DNA of 64,000 nt from Pedobacter sp. (GCA_050253415.1 JBFWJC010000001.1:1695660-1759659); one strand, 5' to 3'. Positions 9,622-20,301 are shown, counted from the first letter of the stretch. Numbers and translations: made by a program. Notes: generated from the letters alone by a model not told the origin.

Positions 9622-10560
9622 TTATTTCATACGGGCAGGAATAACACCTGCTTCATCAGAGATAATGATTTCCACCCGGCGGTTCATCTGACGGCCGGCT
9701 GTGGTGGCATTTGTGGCCACCGGGAATTCCTCGCCATAACCGCGGAAATCGATGCGGGAAGCCTCAATGCCTTTGTCGAGAAGGGCTTTGCGTACCGAAA
9801 GAGCACGGCGTTCGGATAATCCCTGATTATACTCGGCGGTACCGGTGCTGTCGGTGAACCCTTCAATCATCACCTTGCGGGTCGGATATTCCTCCAAAAA
9901 GGCAGCCAGTTTTTCAACAGTCAAAAAACCACCTGGTTTCAGTTCGGCCTTATTGACGTCGAACACGACATCGCCGAGTGTCATAACCAGACCACGGTCC
10001 GCCTTTACCGCTTGCAGCTCCGCGATTTCCTGCTCAAGTTTGGCATTTTTTTCTTGGGCTGCAGCGGCTTCAGCCATCGCTTTTATCGCTGCGGCTTTTT
10101 CAGCGGAAGCTTCCTGCTGAGCTTTCAATGCGGCAGCTTTCTCCATTGTCGCCTGTTTTTGGGCAAGGTTCGCTTCGGCGGCACGGGCCTCAAGGAGTAC
10201 CTTGTTGCGTTCGGCGCTAGCCTGCTCTATGGCGGCTTCTGCTATCTTCTGGTTGCCGATTTCCTGAGCAATGGCCGAGTGCTGTTTGGCTAGGTAGGCT
10301 TGATGTTCTACAACGTCCAAGTCTCCTTTTTGCTGAAATGTTTCTTCAGCTTTGGTCAGGGCCATTTCGGCTTTCTTTAGCTCCAGAGGAGCATTGCGTA
10401 TCACCGTCGGGTTCGCCTGCGCTGCTTGGTAAGCCGCCTTTGCTTCATCCAAAGCGGCATTGCTTGCCATCTTTTGTGCACAGCCCGATAGTGCCATTGC
10501 CGCTATCATGATACTGGCAATTCCTGCTAAAGATTTGAATCTACGCTTGTTTATGGACAT
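9622..10560 (-). CDS. OmpA-family lipoprotein with DUF4398 and coiled coil
   Basis: Lipobox LSGC; EGFTDSTG...NQGLSERRA...NRRVEI OmpA C-terminal motif. Confidence 0.9.
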   Translation of the reverse strand: MSINKRRFKSLAGIASIMIAAMALSGCAQKMASNAALDEAKAAYQAAQANPTVIRNAPLELKKAEMALTKAEETFQQKGDLDVVEHQAYLAKQHSAIAQEIGNQKIAEAAIEQASAERNKVLLEARAAEANLAQKQATMEKAAALKAQQEASAEKAAAIKAMAEAAAAQEKNAKLEQEIAELQAVKADRGLVMTLGDVVFDVNKAELKPGGFLTVEKLAAFLEEYPTRKVMIEGFTDSTGTAEYNQGLSERRALSVRKALLDKGIEASRIDFRGYGEEFPVATNATTAGRQMNRRVEIIISDEAGVIPARMK

Positions 10561-10590
10561 GGTTGCCTCCTGATTATTGTGTAATGACAG

Positions 10591-10968
10591 TTATTGGGGA
10601 AGCTTACGTTGTATTTCTTCACGCAGCAGGTCGATGCCTTGTTGCAGGGAATCCACGGCTTTCAGGGACTTTGTGGTCCGCGATTTTGCTTCTGCAAGCT
10701 GTGCATCGATTTCGGCTTGCTCCAAAAGACGTTCTGCTTTCACGTAGTCTTTTGCCTGCATGGCTGTTTTGGCCTGATCAACCTTATCCTGCGCTGATGT
10801 CAGTTCCAAAGGAGCATACTCATAAGCACCGGAGGCTGTAGCTTTGTCCACCGCTGATTGGGCGAGGGCCATCTGGCTTGTGGGAGGTTGCATAGACGGA
10901 GCACAGCCCGTCAGAGCCAGAAGGCCCAAGCTGAGAATAATGGTCTTTTTGTTGGTGCTTGCCTTCAT
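10591..10968 (-). CDS. DUF4398 lipoprotein
   Basis: Lipobox LTGC; GAYEYAPLELTSA...AEIDAQLAEAK; GGAGG RBS before ATG 10968. Confidence 0.85.
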   Translation of the reverse strand: MKASTNKKTIILSLGLLALTGCAPSMQPPTSQMALAQSAVDKATASGAYEYAPLELTSAQDKVDQAKTAMQAKDYVKAERLLEQAEIDAQLAEAKSRTTKSLKAVDSLQQGIDLLREEIQRKLPQ

Positions 10969-11447
10969 GTTTTCCTCCATCAAATTGGGTTGGTTTAGAC
11001 CCTGCTCCGGTAGTGTGACCGATCGTATAACCTTTTCGGAGCAGAGAAAGTCGTCGTTTGCCTAAAGAGAAATCTCTTACTTGGAGCAAGGTTGGCAGAC
11101 TATTATTTGAATACACTGCATTAACACTATCATCGGAAAGGTATTTTTCAAGTAAGACTAAACGGTCTGCTGTTTTTTACTTTTTTATCTTTATTATAAA
11201 TTAACTCATGATTTCAGTATCTTGAACGATTACTTCCGAAAAAGTCACTGTTTTTGGTCGTATCGCTGACTGCAGAAGTCTTCAATGAGAATAATTTTTA
11301 AGCTTCAGTATTGTATTTTTTTAAAGGGGAGGTGAAGAGGTCGGGCCAACATTGAGAATTGGACGAAATTGAGCAGGGGGTGTCCTTGCGACACTAAGGA
11401 TATAGGGTGCGAGGTAGGGGGTAAAAACAATGCAAAGTGAGACAGGT

Positions 11448-11496
11448 CACAAACCGAAGCCCCCGGGATCATTGATCCCGGGGGCTTCGGTTTGTG
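11448..11496. repeat. Perfect 24-bp inverted repeat with 1-nt centre (likely MCP terminator)
   Basis: CACAAACCGAAGCCCCCGGGATCA-T-TGATCCCGGGGGCTTCGGTTTGTG, 4 bp after the MCP stop. Confidence 0.9.
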
Positions 11497-11500
11497 TAAA

Positions 11501-13759
11501 TCAGTACTTGCCGAATTCTCCATCATCCAGGGCGATGATTTCGCTGGGGTCCTGTATGTTCGATTCGAAACTCTCGGCGTGGTGGGATGGCTGCGATCCC
11601 CTCCTGGCAAATCCCGGGGCCAGGGACGGATGGGCCAGTTGCCGTGTTCGATTTAAGTTGTTAGGTGCCGTGAAAGCTTGCGATTCGGAACTTCGACAAG
11701 CTAACTGTGCTGTTTTGCCACTCTGGTTTCCAAGTTTAAAGCGGGAGAGCATCTTCCTGAGTTGCTCGGCCTGACCGGAGAGTTCTTCGGCAGCAGCGGC
11801 GCTTTCCTCAGCGCTGGCGGTGTTTTGCTGGGTCACTTGGTCAATCTGACCAAGCCCTTGATTTACTTGCCCGATGCCATGGGATTGTTCGTTGCTGGCC
11901 GCAGCGATTTCACTGACCAAGCTGTTTGCCTTGATAACTCCGTCGACGATTTCTTGAAGGGCTTTTTCGGTTTCGGCCGCAATTTGCGAACCGTTTTCAA
12001 CTTTTTTTACCGATCCTTCGATCAGTTCAGCGGTTTCCTTTGCGGCCTGAGCGCTGCGGGCCGCCAGGTTGCGGACCTCTTCGGCAACCACCGCAAAGCC
12101 TTTGCCGTGTTGACCGGCCCGGGCGGCTTCAACAGCGGCATTCAATGCCAAAAGATTGGTTTGAAATGCAATCTCGTCGATGACCTTGATGATTTTGGAG
12201 ATATTCATGCTGGAATCGTTGATTTCCGCCATGGCGGCAACCATTTCCTGCATGCGCTGATTGCCCTTTTCTGCAGAAGTTCTGGACTGATTAACCAGTA
12301 TGTTGGCTTGTTCGGCATTCTCGGCATTGAGTTTCGTCTGGCTTGCCATTTCAACCATGGAGGCGGAAATCTGTTCCAGAGATGCGGCGGATTCGGTGGA
12401 CCCCTGCGACAGGCTTTGGCTGGCATCGGCGACCTGCATGGATCCGCTTGCAATCTGTTCGCCGGCTGTTTGAATCTCCATGATGAGGTTGCCCAGGTCG
12501 GTGCCAAGTTTTTTAAGAGCTCCGCGCACGCTGTCTCTATCGTCTCTGGGGACCACTTTAAAGGTCAAATCACCGGCTGCAAGTTTTTGCAGGGAACCGA
12601 TCATCTCTCTTTGCAGACTGTCGGCAAAGGCATCCATGGTCCGACCCATTTGGCCAATTTCATCGCCGCGATCCAGGTTAAGGCGCATATCGATATGCCC
12701 CTTTTCCATTTCTTCGATCATTTGGCAGCTTTTTTTAAGGGGATTGATAATGCCTCGTGCGATGATAATGGCAAAGAAAATCCCCAAAGGCAAAGCCACT
12801 ATCGCCAGCGTGATCGTGCCCAATTTCATGGCATTGGCCGCTGTGAGCATTTCCTCATCGGTCATGATGTGTTTGCTGCCGGTATCGACGGTTTCTTTGA
12901 TAAGTTCTTGAACCTGATGCAGATTGGGGATCGTTTGCGATGCGTAAATGGTGTTGGCCTGGTTCATGCCGGTTACCATCTCATCCGCTCGTTGTTTCAA
13001 CTGCTTTAACACAGCCTGAGTGGCGGCCAGGGCGGGGAGGGTTTTGTTCTTGAATATCGCATAAGCCTGCGCTTTGTTTTTCAATTGTTGACCAATTTCA
13101 AAGGCAGACTGGTGCAGTTGCTCATGAGGCTGTGCAATCTCTTTGAACAATCGCCCAAGTTCAGGGTCGGATGCGGCTGCCTGCTGGGCTTTTGGTCCGT
13201 CAAGGAATTTTCCCAAGCCACATTGGTGGGGGTCGGTCTGGACGTCGAGTATAGCGCGGTTTTCTGCAAAAACGGCCATGACCTGATTGGCCCAAGCAAG
13301 GTGGTCGGTCTCTTTTTCAGCAAGAAACTTCGGCAGAGTGACATCGGCCTGGCGAAAGACCTTTGCGATGTTGACTGCGGATTCGTGCAGCTTGCGATGA
13401 GGATCTTCGATGCGCGTCAGCACCCCCTGCAGCGCTGGGACCAGTTCCTCGGCTCTTTTACGGCCTTCGCCGTAATACCATTTGCCGAACGCGCATTTAT
13501 GCGGATCGGTTTCGACGGTCAATTCGGTAACATGGTCATCCGTCAGCAGGGCGTTGACATTAGCCGCCCAGTTCAGATGATCGACTTCGCGCTGGATCAT
13601 CTCCGCCCTTAGCGCGTTGCCGTCGATTACTTCCTCGGCATTCGAAACAATATGGGTGACCCCCAGAATGGCCCATCCCGCAATGACGGACAGCAGTAGC
13701 AGGACGACCCCGAATCCGAGCGCGAATTTACCGGTTAAGCTGATGTTCTTCCAGGTCAT
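11501..13759 (-). CDS. Methyl-accepting chemotaxis protein with two CZB domains and HAMP
   Basis: TM1, [21 protein letters not shown] and [22 protein letters not shown]2, [21 protein letters not shown]-terminus DDGEFGKY. Confidence 0.92.
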   Translation of the reverse strand: MTWKNISLTGKFALGFGVVLLLLSVIAGWAILGVTHIVSNAEEVIDGNALRAEMIQREVDHLNWAANVNALLTDDHVTELTVETDPHKCAFGKWYYGEGRKRAEELVPALQGVLTRIEDPHRKLHESAVNIAKVFRQADVTLPKFLAEKETDHLAWANQVMAVFAENRAILDVQTDPHQCGLGKFLDGPKAQQAAASDPELGRLFKEIAQPHEQLHQSAFEIGQQLKNKAQAYAIFKNKTLPALAATQAVLKQLKQRADEMVTGMNQANTIYASQTIPNLHQVQELIKETVDTGSKHIMTDEEMLTAANAMKLGTITLAIVALPLGIFFAIIIARGIINPLKKSCQMIEEMEKGHIDMRLNLDRGDEIGQMGRTMDAFADSLQREMIGSLQKLAAGDLTFKVVPRDDRDSVRGALKKLGTDLGNLIMEIQTAGEQIASGSMQVADASQSLSQGSTESAASLEQISASMVEMASQTKLNAENAEQANILVNQSRTSAEKGNQRMQEMVAAMAEINDSSMNISKIIKVIDEIAFQTNLLALNAAVEAARAGQHGKGFAVVAEEVRNLAARSAQAAKETAELIEGSVKKVENGSQIAAETEKALQEIVDGVIKANSLVSEIAAASNEQSHGIGQVNQGLGQIDQVTQQNTASAEESAAAAEELSGQAEQLRKMLSRFKLGNQSGKTAQLACRSSESQAFTAPNNLNRTRQLAHPSLAPGFARRGSQPSHHAESFESNIQDPSEIIALDDGEFGKY

Positions 13760-14270
13760 GACTTTCTCCTCCAAAGAGATGTCAGGGTTGATTCGTTTGT
13801 CTACGGTGTGCGGATCGAAATATCCTATGGATTCTTTGTTCGACCTAATAGTGTTTTATCTTTATGGTGATATGTTTCTTTTTATAAATTATTTTTTAAA
13901 AGTTAATGTAAAAAAAGCCACTTACGCTGTCTGTGTAGTTATCTATCGACCGGTATGCATGAATCGAACCATGATGATTAATTTTTAATGGTTTTTAAAA
14001 TAGAATAATATTCTATTTTATTTTCGGTTACTTGCAATGTTGGATAATTAAATTTTTATGGAAAAACAGGCTCTCACGGACTAATGCTCCGTTGGCTTAA
14101 TGCCTTTGAACACTTTTTTGACAGGTTCGGCTTCGTTGGGAGCATTTTGGGCAGGCTCGTTATTCCGCGATGCTTATGAAATTTAGGCCCAATCGCGCGT
14201 TTTTGAAGATCGGATCCACGCCGTTGCACCGTTACCGGTATAATGGAGATGCTTTCTAAGGAGGATCGTT

Positions 14271-15263
14271 ATGACTACCAAGGTTTATAAAGCTCTGATA
14301 GTGGAAGAAAGGGACCAGGTATATGTTCGCTCTGTTAAAACCAGAGCCATGGATCAGTTGCCAGACGGAGAGTTGTTGATTCGGGTTGCCTATTCTTCTT
14401 TAAATTACAAAGATGCCCTGTCGGCTATAGGGAACAAGGGGGTTACGCGAAAATATCCGCATACACCAGGTATTGACGCCGCTGGCATTATCGAACATTC
14501 CGATACTCAGGAATTTATAAAAGGTGATGAAGTTATCGTAACGGGTTACGATTTGGGGATGAATACTGACGGTGGTTTTGGCCAGTATGTTCGCGTCCCG
14601 GCAACCTGGGCGGTCAAGTTACCACCGGGGCTGACCTTGAAACAGGCCATGGTTTATGGAACAGCAGGGTTTACGGCAGGGATCAGCGTGACAAAACTTT
14701 GCGAATATGTATCGCCCGATGCAGGTGAAATCGTCGTTTCAGGCGCCACTGGCGGGGTTGGCTCTCTGAGTGTCGCCATACTTGCCAAGCTTGGATACCG
14801 GGTGGTGGCTGTAACGGGTAAGTCGGCGGATCATCCATTTTTAAGACAACTCGGTGCTTCTCGTATCCTGTCTCGAGAAGCGCTTCAGGATCCAGGCAAA
14901 AAGCCTTTACTGCAAGCACAATGGGCCGGAGGCATAGATACGGTTGGCGGTACGATGCTTGAAAACATTATTAAATCGACCCGTCCTCTGGGGGTTGTCA
15001 CCTGTTGCGGCAATGTAGCTTCACCCGATTTAAATCTGACGGTCTACCCGTTTATTCTGCGAGGCATATCGTTGGTCGGTATCGACTCGCAAAACTATCC
15101 GATGCCATCAAGGATAAACTTATGGAAAAAACTTGCCAATGAATGGAAGCCGGAAGTGCTGGAAAGACTTTATACCGAGATAAGTTTGGAAGAACTCGAT
15201 GATTGCATCGCACAAATGCTGGCGGGTAGGTCGAAAGGCAGAAAAGTGGTTAATCTGCAGTAA
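14271..15263 (+). CDS. YhdH/AcuI-family NADPH quinone oxidoreductase (acryloyl-CoA reductase-like)
   Basis: YSSLNYKDALS, GATGGVGS, VYPFILRG; AGGAGG RBS. Confidence 0.9.
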   Translation: MTTKVYKALIVEERDQVYVRSVKTRAMDQLPDGELLIRVAYSSLNYKDALSAIGNKGVTRKYPHTPGIDAAGIIEHSDTQEFIKGDEVIVTGYDLGMNTDGGFGQYVRVPATWAVKLPPGLTLKQAMVYGTAGFTAGISVTKLCEYVSPDAGEIVVSGATGGVGSLSVAILAKLGYRVVAVTGKSADHPFLRQLGASRILSREALQDPGKKPLLQAQWAGGIDTVGGTMLENIIKSTRPLGVVTCCGNVASPDLNLTVYPFILRGISLVGIDSQNYPMPSRINLWKKLANEWKPEVLERLYTEISLEELDDCIAQMLAGRSKGRKVVNLQ

Positions 15264-15328
15264 GGCTGATTTTCAGGATGGCAGTGGTGCCGGCCCCAGA
15301 CTGAATTGAAATCATCGTGTGTTATTTA

Positions 15329-15760
15329 TTATCCGGGCAGGGTAATGACCCGAAAGCGGTCATCCAGATGTCGTTCCAGAAGAGGGCGGACTTCCTTCCA
15401 GGAGAGCCCTCCTCCGCCACAACCGGGCCGCGGCAGGATTACCAGCGGCCAGTTGTTGCGGTCAGTCAATACTTTAAGTTGGAGGCAGGATCTTTCGATC
15501 ATACGCAGATCGGGTACTTCAAAAGGGGTGTTCTCCACAGGAAAAGTTACGATGCCGTTGCCGAGGTCGAAAACCTGATTCCCGTGGCGGCGGATCAACT
15601 CCCCCAACTGGGCAGGCAACTCCGGGAAACGCTGTCTGGCCTGACTGGCGCAGCCGCGCGGCATGGAGCAGTTGCCTTTTGAACTCACCTGTCCGCCCGT
15701 TGTGATGGCGATAATCGCGTCACCATACCAGGACCAGAGATCTCCAACAATCTCCTGCAT
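15329..15760 (-). CDS. Macro-domain-like (ADP-ribose-binding) protein
   Basis: IVGDLW start, MPRGCA, LPRPGCGGGGLSWKEVRPLL macro-type C-terminal motif. Confidence 0.7.
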   Translation of the reverse strand: MQEIVGDLWSWYGDAIIAITTGGQVSSKGNCSMPRGCASQARQRFPELPAQLGELIRRHGNQVFDLGNGIVTFPVENTPFEVPDLRMIERSCLQLKVLTDRNNWPLVILPRPGCGGGGLSWKEVRPLLERHLDDRFRVITLPG

Positions 15761-15762
15761 GC

Positions 15763-16074
15763 TTACCAGTCCTCACGCAGCACTTCGCGTATCGATCCGA
15801 GCAGGTAATCATAGACCTCATCGCGACGCGTCAAAAAACCGGGCACGCCACGATTGAGAATCTCTTCGAGCTCGCGCAGGACGTGCTCATCATTGGTTCC
15901 CAGAGTGTTCATCACGACTTCAAACATGGGCAAGACTTCATAAAGGTTGTTGGCATCAAAGGGATGCGCGTCCGGGGCACCGGTAAATTGAGGCAGTTCC
16001 CGGGTTTCTTTTTTACGTGCATACCTGTACCATAAATCCGAAGGTTTGATGCTTACGTCCATAGCGATCTCCAT
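15763..16074 (-). CDS. Hypothetical protein
   Basis: Co-oriented ORF 2 bp from the macro gene; start may be ATG 16062 (GGAG upstream). Confidence 0.65.
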   Translation of the reverse strand: MEIAMDVSIKPSDLWYRYARKKETRELPQFTGAPDAHPFDANNLYEVLPMFEVVMNTLGTNDEHVLRELEEILNRGVPGFLTRRDEVYDYLLGSIREVLREDW

Positions 16075-16101
16075 GATTGTATTGCTTAAAACTTAGGCAA
16101 A

Positions 16102-16356
16102 TTAGTGGCATCCGCCGCATCCGCCGCCATGGCCACCATGACCGCAGGCCGGCTTACAGGGTGCCGAGCCAACACCGGTTGTCTCCGATTTAAGAGCCAC
16201 AAGGCTAGCCGCCTCAACGTACCACTTGCCTTCGATTTCCTGACCGGCCAATTGTCCGCGTTTGATGTAAAGCAGCACATTCAGCGGGGTTGTACCGAGA
16301 TCTCGGGCAACTTCTTCGGCACTCAGCAGGTTTTTTTCCGGGGATGTTTCGCACAT
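16102..16356 (-). CDS. Small HTH (excisionase/MerR-like) protein with Cys/His/Gly tail
   Basis: LLSAEEVARDLG...IKRGQLAG...GKWYV pattern; tail CKPACGHGGHGGGCGGCH; AGGAG RBS. Confidence 0.7.
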   Translation of the reverse strand: MCETSPEKNLLSAEEVARDLGTTPLNVLLYIKRGQLAGQEIEGKWYVEAASLVALKSETTGVGSAPCKPACGHGGHGGGCGGCH

Positions 16357-16635
16357 AATCTGGCTCCTTTGTTAGTTGTTTCTTAACTAGGCCGTTGAGG
16401 TATTTAGCTTGATAATAGTGATTCGCCATTATTTGCATAGCCGTTGTCGTATAGTTATTGCAGACATCGAGCCAGAACACCGAATGGCAGCGACGCTGTC
16501 GGTTCCGCAACCTGTTCCTGTAGAAGAAATGCAGCGAATCTAACCGACGGTCTGGGTTTTTATGTTAAAAATTTTGTCGGGTACTGCAGGTTTGTAGTCG
16601 AAATCTTGCCACCTGTTACGTGGGAGAGAAGACGG

Positions 16636-18069
16636 ATGTCTCTGAAAATTGCCACTTTGGATAATAATTGCATTACACTTTCCGATCAGCTCCTGGAAGC
16701 TTTCTTCCGACAGTTACACGGTGTTGTGATTCGCGAGGGCGACCCGGAATATGAAAGGAGCCGACGCGTCTGGAACGGTATGATAGATCGGCATCCGGCC
16801 ATGATCGTGCGTTGCGCCGGAACATCTGATGTTATGGCCACGGTTAATTTCGCTCGTGCCCATAATTTGCGGGTTTCGGTGCGCGGCGGGGGGCACAATG
16901 TTGCGGGTAAGGCCGTATGCGACCGGGGAATGGTTATCGATCTCGGTCTCATGAACAGCGTTTGGGTCGATCATGAGGTTCCATCGATTCGTGTGCAGGC
17001 CGGAGCGCGCTTGGCAGATGTTGATGAGAAAACCAGACCGTTGGGTCTGGCTGTTCCCGTAGGAGTGGTCAGCAGGACCGGCATCGGCGGTCTTACTTTG
17101 CATGGCGGTCTTGGGTGGTTGCTCCGTCGCGATGGGTTGACGGTCGATAACCTGCTGGCCCTGGATGTGGTCACCGCAGATGGGAAACTGGTCAGGACCA
17201 GCGCCACGGAACACGCAGACCTGTTCTGGGCGTTGCGTGGCGGCGGCGGCAATTTTGGTGTGGTGACCTCCTTCGAATATCGATTGCGCCCCATCGCATC
17301 GAAGGTCTGGTTTGCCGCTGTTCTCTATCCCTATACCCATGCACAGGAAGCCATTACTTTTTGGCGGGATTTTATGGCGACTGCTCCCGAGGAATTGAGT
17401 TCCTTCTGTGTATTGCGCGGACGGCCTATGCAGGCAGCCGGTCAGAAAATACCGCGGCAACCGGTGGTGGCCTTTCTGGCCTGTTATTCAGGGCCATTTG
17501 AGCAGGGAGAGGAAGCGATCCGTCCCTTGCGGGAATGGTCGACCCCGATTGCCGATTTTTCAGGACCGAAGGATTTCCATCTTCAGGTGCAGCGGCTTTT
17601 TGATAAGGATTATCCGGAAGGGCGTTGTTATTACTGGGACTCCCTGTTTTTTGATGACCTTGATGCCTCCACTATTAAACACATTACCGAGCTCGCCGAA
17701 CATAGCGCTTCCCCTTTGTCCTCGGTGAATATCTGGGCATTGGGCGGTGCCATGAATCATGTAGCAGCATCCGAAACCGCTTTCGGTAAACGAGACTGTA
17801 AATTTATGATGGCGGTGGAAGCCAACTGGGAGAATGCCAAAGATGCCCCGGCCAATATGGCGTGGGCGGCTGGTTTGATCGATGCTTTACGACCTGTGTC
17901 GCGGGCTGGAGTTTACCTGAATTTCCCGGGTGCCGCTGCTGGTGAAAGCCACCTGGTAAAAGGTTCCTATGATGGTAACTTTGCAAAACTGCAGGAGATC
18001 AAGAAGCGTTACGATCCGGATAACATGTGGCGGGGGAATTTTAATATTCTTCCCGAGTGTGATGCGTAA
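16636..18069 (+). CDS. FAD-binding oxidoreductase (FAD_binding_4 + BBE domain)
   Basis: VRGGGHNVAG covalent-FAD His motif, DLFWALRGGGGNFGVVT, YLNF...KKRYDPDN; ATG 16636 after GGGAGAG. Confidence 0.92.
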   Translation: MSLKIATLDNNCITLSDQLLEAFFRQLHGVVIREGDPEYERSRRVWNGMIDRHPAMIVRCAGTSDVMATVNFARAHNLRVSVRGGGHNVAGKAVCDRGMVIDLGLMNSVWVDHEVPSIRVQAGARLADVDEKTRPLGLAVPVGVVSRTGIGGLTLHGGLGWLLRRDGLTVDNLLALDVVTADGKLVRTSATEHADLFWALRGGGGNFGVVTSFEYRLRPIASKVWFAAVLYPYTHAQEAITFWRDFMATAPEELSSFCVLRGRPMQAAGQKIPRQPVVAFLACYSGPFEQGEEAIRPLREWSTPIADFSGPKDFHLQVQRLFDKDYPEGRCYYWDSLFFDDLDASTIKHITELAEHSASPLSSVNIWALGGAMNHVAASETAFGKRDCKFMMAVEANWENAKDAPANMAWAAGLIDALRPVSRAGVYLNFPGAAAGESHLVKGSYDGNFAKLQEIKKRYDPDNMWRGNFNILPECDA

Positions 18070-18122
18070 GCGGGAGATGTAAAACCAGCCCATCCGAAAG
18101 ACACACTTCGGAAAAACGTGTA

Positions 18123-18245
18123 TTCACCGCAGAGGCCGCTGACACCACAGAGAAAAACAAAAAAGGCGGCGTTGGGTAAAAAAATACTTTTCAGCGGAAA
18201 ATATCTCCGGGGTTACTTGGCGCTCTTCGCGAACTCTGCGGTAAA
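18123..18245. repeat. Degenerate intergenic inverted repeat with 9-bp periodic arms
   Basis: ACCGCAGAG (18126-18134) followed by GCCGCTGAC, ACCACAGAG; mirrored by CTCTGCGGT (18234-18242). Confidence 0.55.
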
Positions 18246-18287
18246 CGATTTTGGACGTTTAACCCGAGGATTTTATATTGAAACGAA

Positions 18288-18321
18288 AGGGGGGCACCGG
18301 CGTATGGCCGGTGCCCCCCCT
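18288..18321. terminator. GC-rich terminator hairpin after ettA
   Basis: GGGGGGCACCGGC / GCCGGTGCCCCCC stem. Confidence 0.75.
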
Positions 18322-18347
18322 GTTGTTATTGATACATGGCTCACGCC

Positions 18348-20033
18348 TCAGGCGCGGGTCAGCTGGCGGTATTTGATGCGGTGCGGTTGATCGGCGGCGG
18401 CACCGAGGCGCTTGCGGCGGTCCTCTTCGTACTCGGACCAGTTACCTTCGAACCAGACGGCCTGACTGTCCCCCTCAAAAGCGAGGATATGGGTTGCGAT
18501 ACGGTCGAGGAACCAACGGTCATGGCTGATGACCACCGCGCATCCAGCGTAGTTTTCCAGTGCTTCTTCCAGGGCGCGCATGGTGTTCACGTCCAGGTCG
18601 TTGGTCGGTTCGTCAAGCAGCAGCACGTTGGATTCGCTCCGTAGCATTTTGGCCAGGTGCACACGGTTGCGTTCGCCACCGGAAAGTACACCGACTTTTT
18701 TCTGTTGCTGGTCGCCGTTGAAGTTGAAGCGCGACACGTAGGCTCGGCTGTTCATGGTACGGTTGCCCAGTTCGATGATTTCCTGCCCGCCTGTGATCTC
18801 TTCCCAGATGTTTTTTTCCGGATCGAGGGCTTCGCGACTCTGGTCGACGTAAGCCAGCTTGACCGTGTCGCCCAGGCGAATGGTGCCGCTATCGGGTTGT
18901 TCCTGTCCGGTAATCATACGGAACAGGGTGGTTTTACCGGCGCCGTTGGGGCCGATGATGCCAACGATACCGCCCGGCGGCAGGCGGAAACTCATGCCCT
19001 CGACCAGCAGGCGATCGCCGTAGCCCTTGCCGACATTATCGGCCTCGATAACGATATCGCCCAGCCGCGGTCCCGGCGGGATGAACAATTCCATCTCCCG
19101 CTCTTTTTCCTGAACCTGCTGACCCAGCAATTTTTCGTAGGAGGTGATGCGCGCCTGGCCCTTTGCATGACGGCCTTTGGGCGACATGCGGATCCACTCC
19201 AGTTCTCGCTGCAGGGTTTTCTGGCGAGCGCTTTCCTGCTTTTCATCCTGGCGCAGGCGCTCCTGTTTTTGCTCCAACCACGAGGAGTAATTTCCCTTCC
19301 AGGGGATGCCGTGGCCACGGTCCAGTTCCAGAATCCACCCGGCCACGTTATCCAGGAAATAACGGTCATGGGTCACGGCGATAACGGTGCCGGCATAGCG
19401 CTGAAGATGATGCTCCAACCAGGCCACGGTTTCTGCGTCGAGGTGGTTGGTCGGTTCATCCAGCAACAGAATATCCGGTTTTTTCAGCAGCAGACGACAC
19501 AGGGCGACGCGGCGTTTTTCACCGCCGGACAGCACATCGACCACAGTCTCGCCGGGAGGGCAGCGTAATGCATCCATGGCCTGCTCAAGGCGGCTGTCGA
19601 GGTCCCAGGCATCGAGATGATCGAGTTTTTCCTGCACTTCGCCCTGACGTGCAATGAGGTCGTTCATTTCATCGTCCGACATCGGTTCGGCGAACTTCAT
19701 ATTGATGTCGTTGAATTCGTTGACCAGATCAACGGTTTCCTGCACCCCTTCCTCGACGATCTGGCGAACGGTTTTACCCGCCTCCAGTTCCGGTTCCTGC
19801 TCGAGATATCCGACCGTATAACCGGCGGAGAGGATGGTTTCGCCCTGGAAATCCTTATCGACGCCAGCCAGAATGCGCAGCAGGGAACTCTTTCCCGAGC
19901 CGTTCAGACCCAGTACGCCGATCTTGGCGCCGTAAAAATAGGATAGGGAAATGTCCTTGAGAATCGGTTTTTTGTTGTGGTGTTTGCTCACCCGCATCAT
20001 CGAATAGATGACTTTGCGGCCGTCGTCGCTCAT
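18348..20033 (-). CDS. ettA: Energy-dependent translational throttle ABC-F protein EttA
   Basis: Two ABC domains; GAKIGVLGLNGSGKS, GIPWKGNYSSWLEQK, C-terminal PHRIKYRQL. Confidence 0.97.
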   Translation of the reverse strand: MSDDGRKVIYSMMRVSKHHNKKPILKDISLSYFYGAKIGVLGLNGSGKSSLLRILAGVDKDFQGETILSAGYTVGYLEQEPELEAGKTVRQIVEEGVQETVDLVNEFNDINMKFAEPMSDDEMNDLIARQGEVQEKLDHLDAWDLDSRLEQAMDALRCPPGETVVDVLSGGEKRRVALCRLLLKKPDILLLDEPTNHLDAETVAWLEHHLQRYAGTVIAVTHDRYFLDNVAGWILELDRGHGIPWKGNYSSWLEQKQERLRQDEKQESARQKTLQRELEWIRMSPKGRHAKGQARITSYEKLLGQQVQEKEREMELFIPPGPRLGDIVIEADNVGKGYGDRLLVEGMSFRLPPGGIVGIIGPNGAGKTTLFRMITGQEQPDSGTIRLGDTVKLAYVDQSREALDPEKNIWEEITGGQEIIELGNRTMNSRAYVSRFNFNGDQQQKKVGVLSGGERNRVHLAKMLRSESNVLLLDEPTNDLDVNTMRALEEALENYAGCAVVISHDRWFLDRIATHILAFEGDSQAVWFEGNWSEYEEDRRKRLGAAADQPHRIKYRQLTRA

Positions 20034-20301
20034 GAAAAATTCTCCTGCCAGGGGGATCGGATCTTTGAAGTCTTACGAGGGAAGGGGGAAATCGAAAAAC
20101 GATTTGCCGCTTATGTCGTACTTGTATTCCGTAGTCCGATAGCCTCTTTTGATGTTTAATGGGTAATCAGCGGTATGTACTTATAATCTCTGTGAAATCT
20201 CAGGTAGCATCGCGGCTCCATCCGTGCAGCGTAGGGGCCGCGGTTTCAAGATGCTTGGGAGATGATGGTAAACCATGCCTTCACACGGAGGTGCAATAAA
20301 T

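Noticed and set aside
12000..12210. DNA similarity between the two MCP genes as a recent duplication
   Set aside because: It is limited to the universally conserved signalling hairpin and has many synonymous differences.
11762..13009. Long antisense ORFs (also 18657-19568, 26898-27782, 35288-36496, 48775-50169)
   Set aside because: They are shadows of well-supported genes on the opposite strand and contain no recognisable motifs.
13780..14270. Riboswitch (e.g. c-di-GMP/GEMM) in long AT-rich MCP leaders (also 48180-48620)
   Set aside because: No GEMM-type conserved motifs were recognised by eye; an Infernal/Rfam scan would be decisive.
16444..16635. N-terminal extensions in the ORF track (also 8579, 23027, 50634, 56248, 58747)
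   Set aside because: Downstream ATGs have better RBS or family-typical starts; some extensions run through attC sites or terminators.
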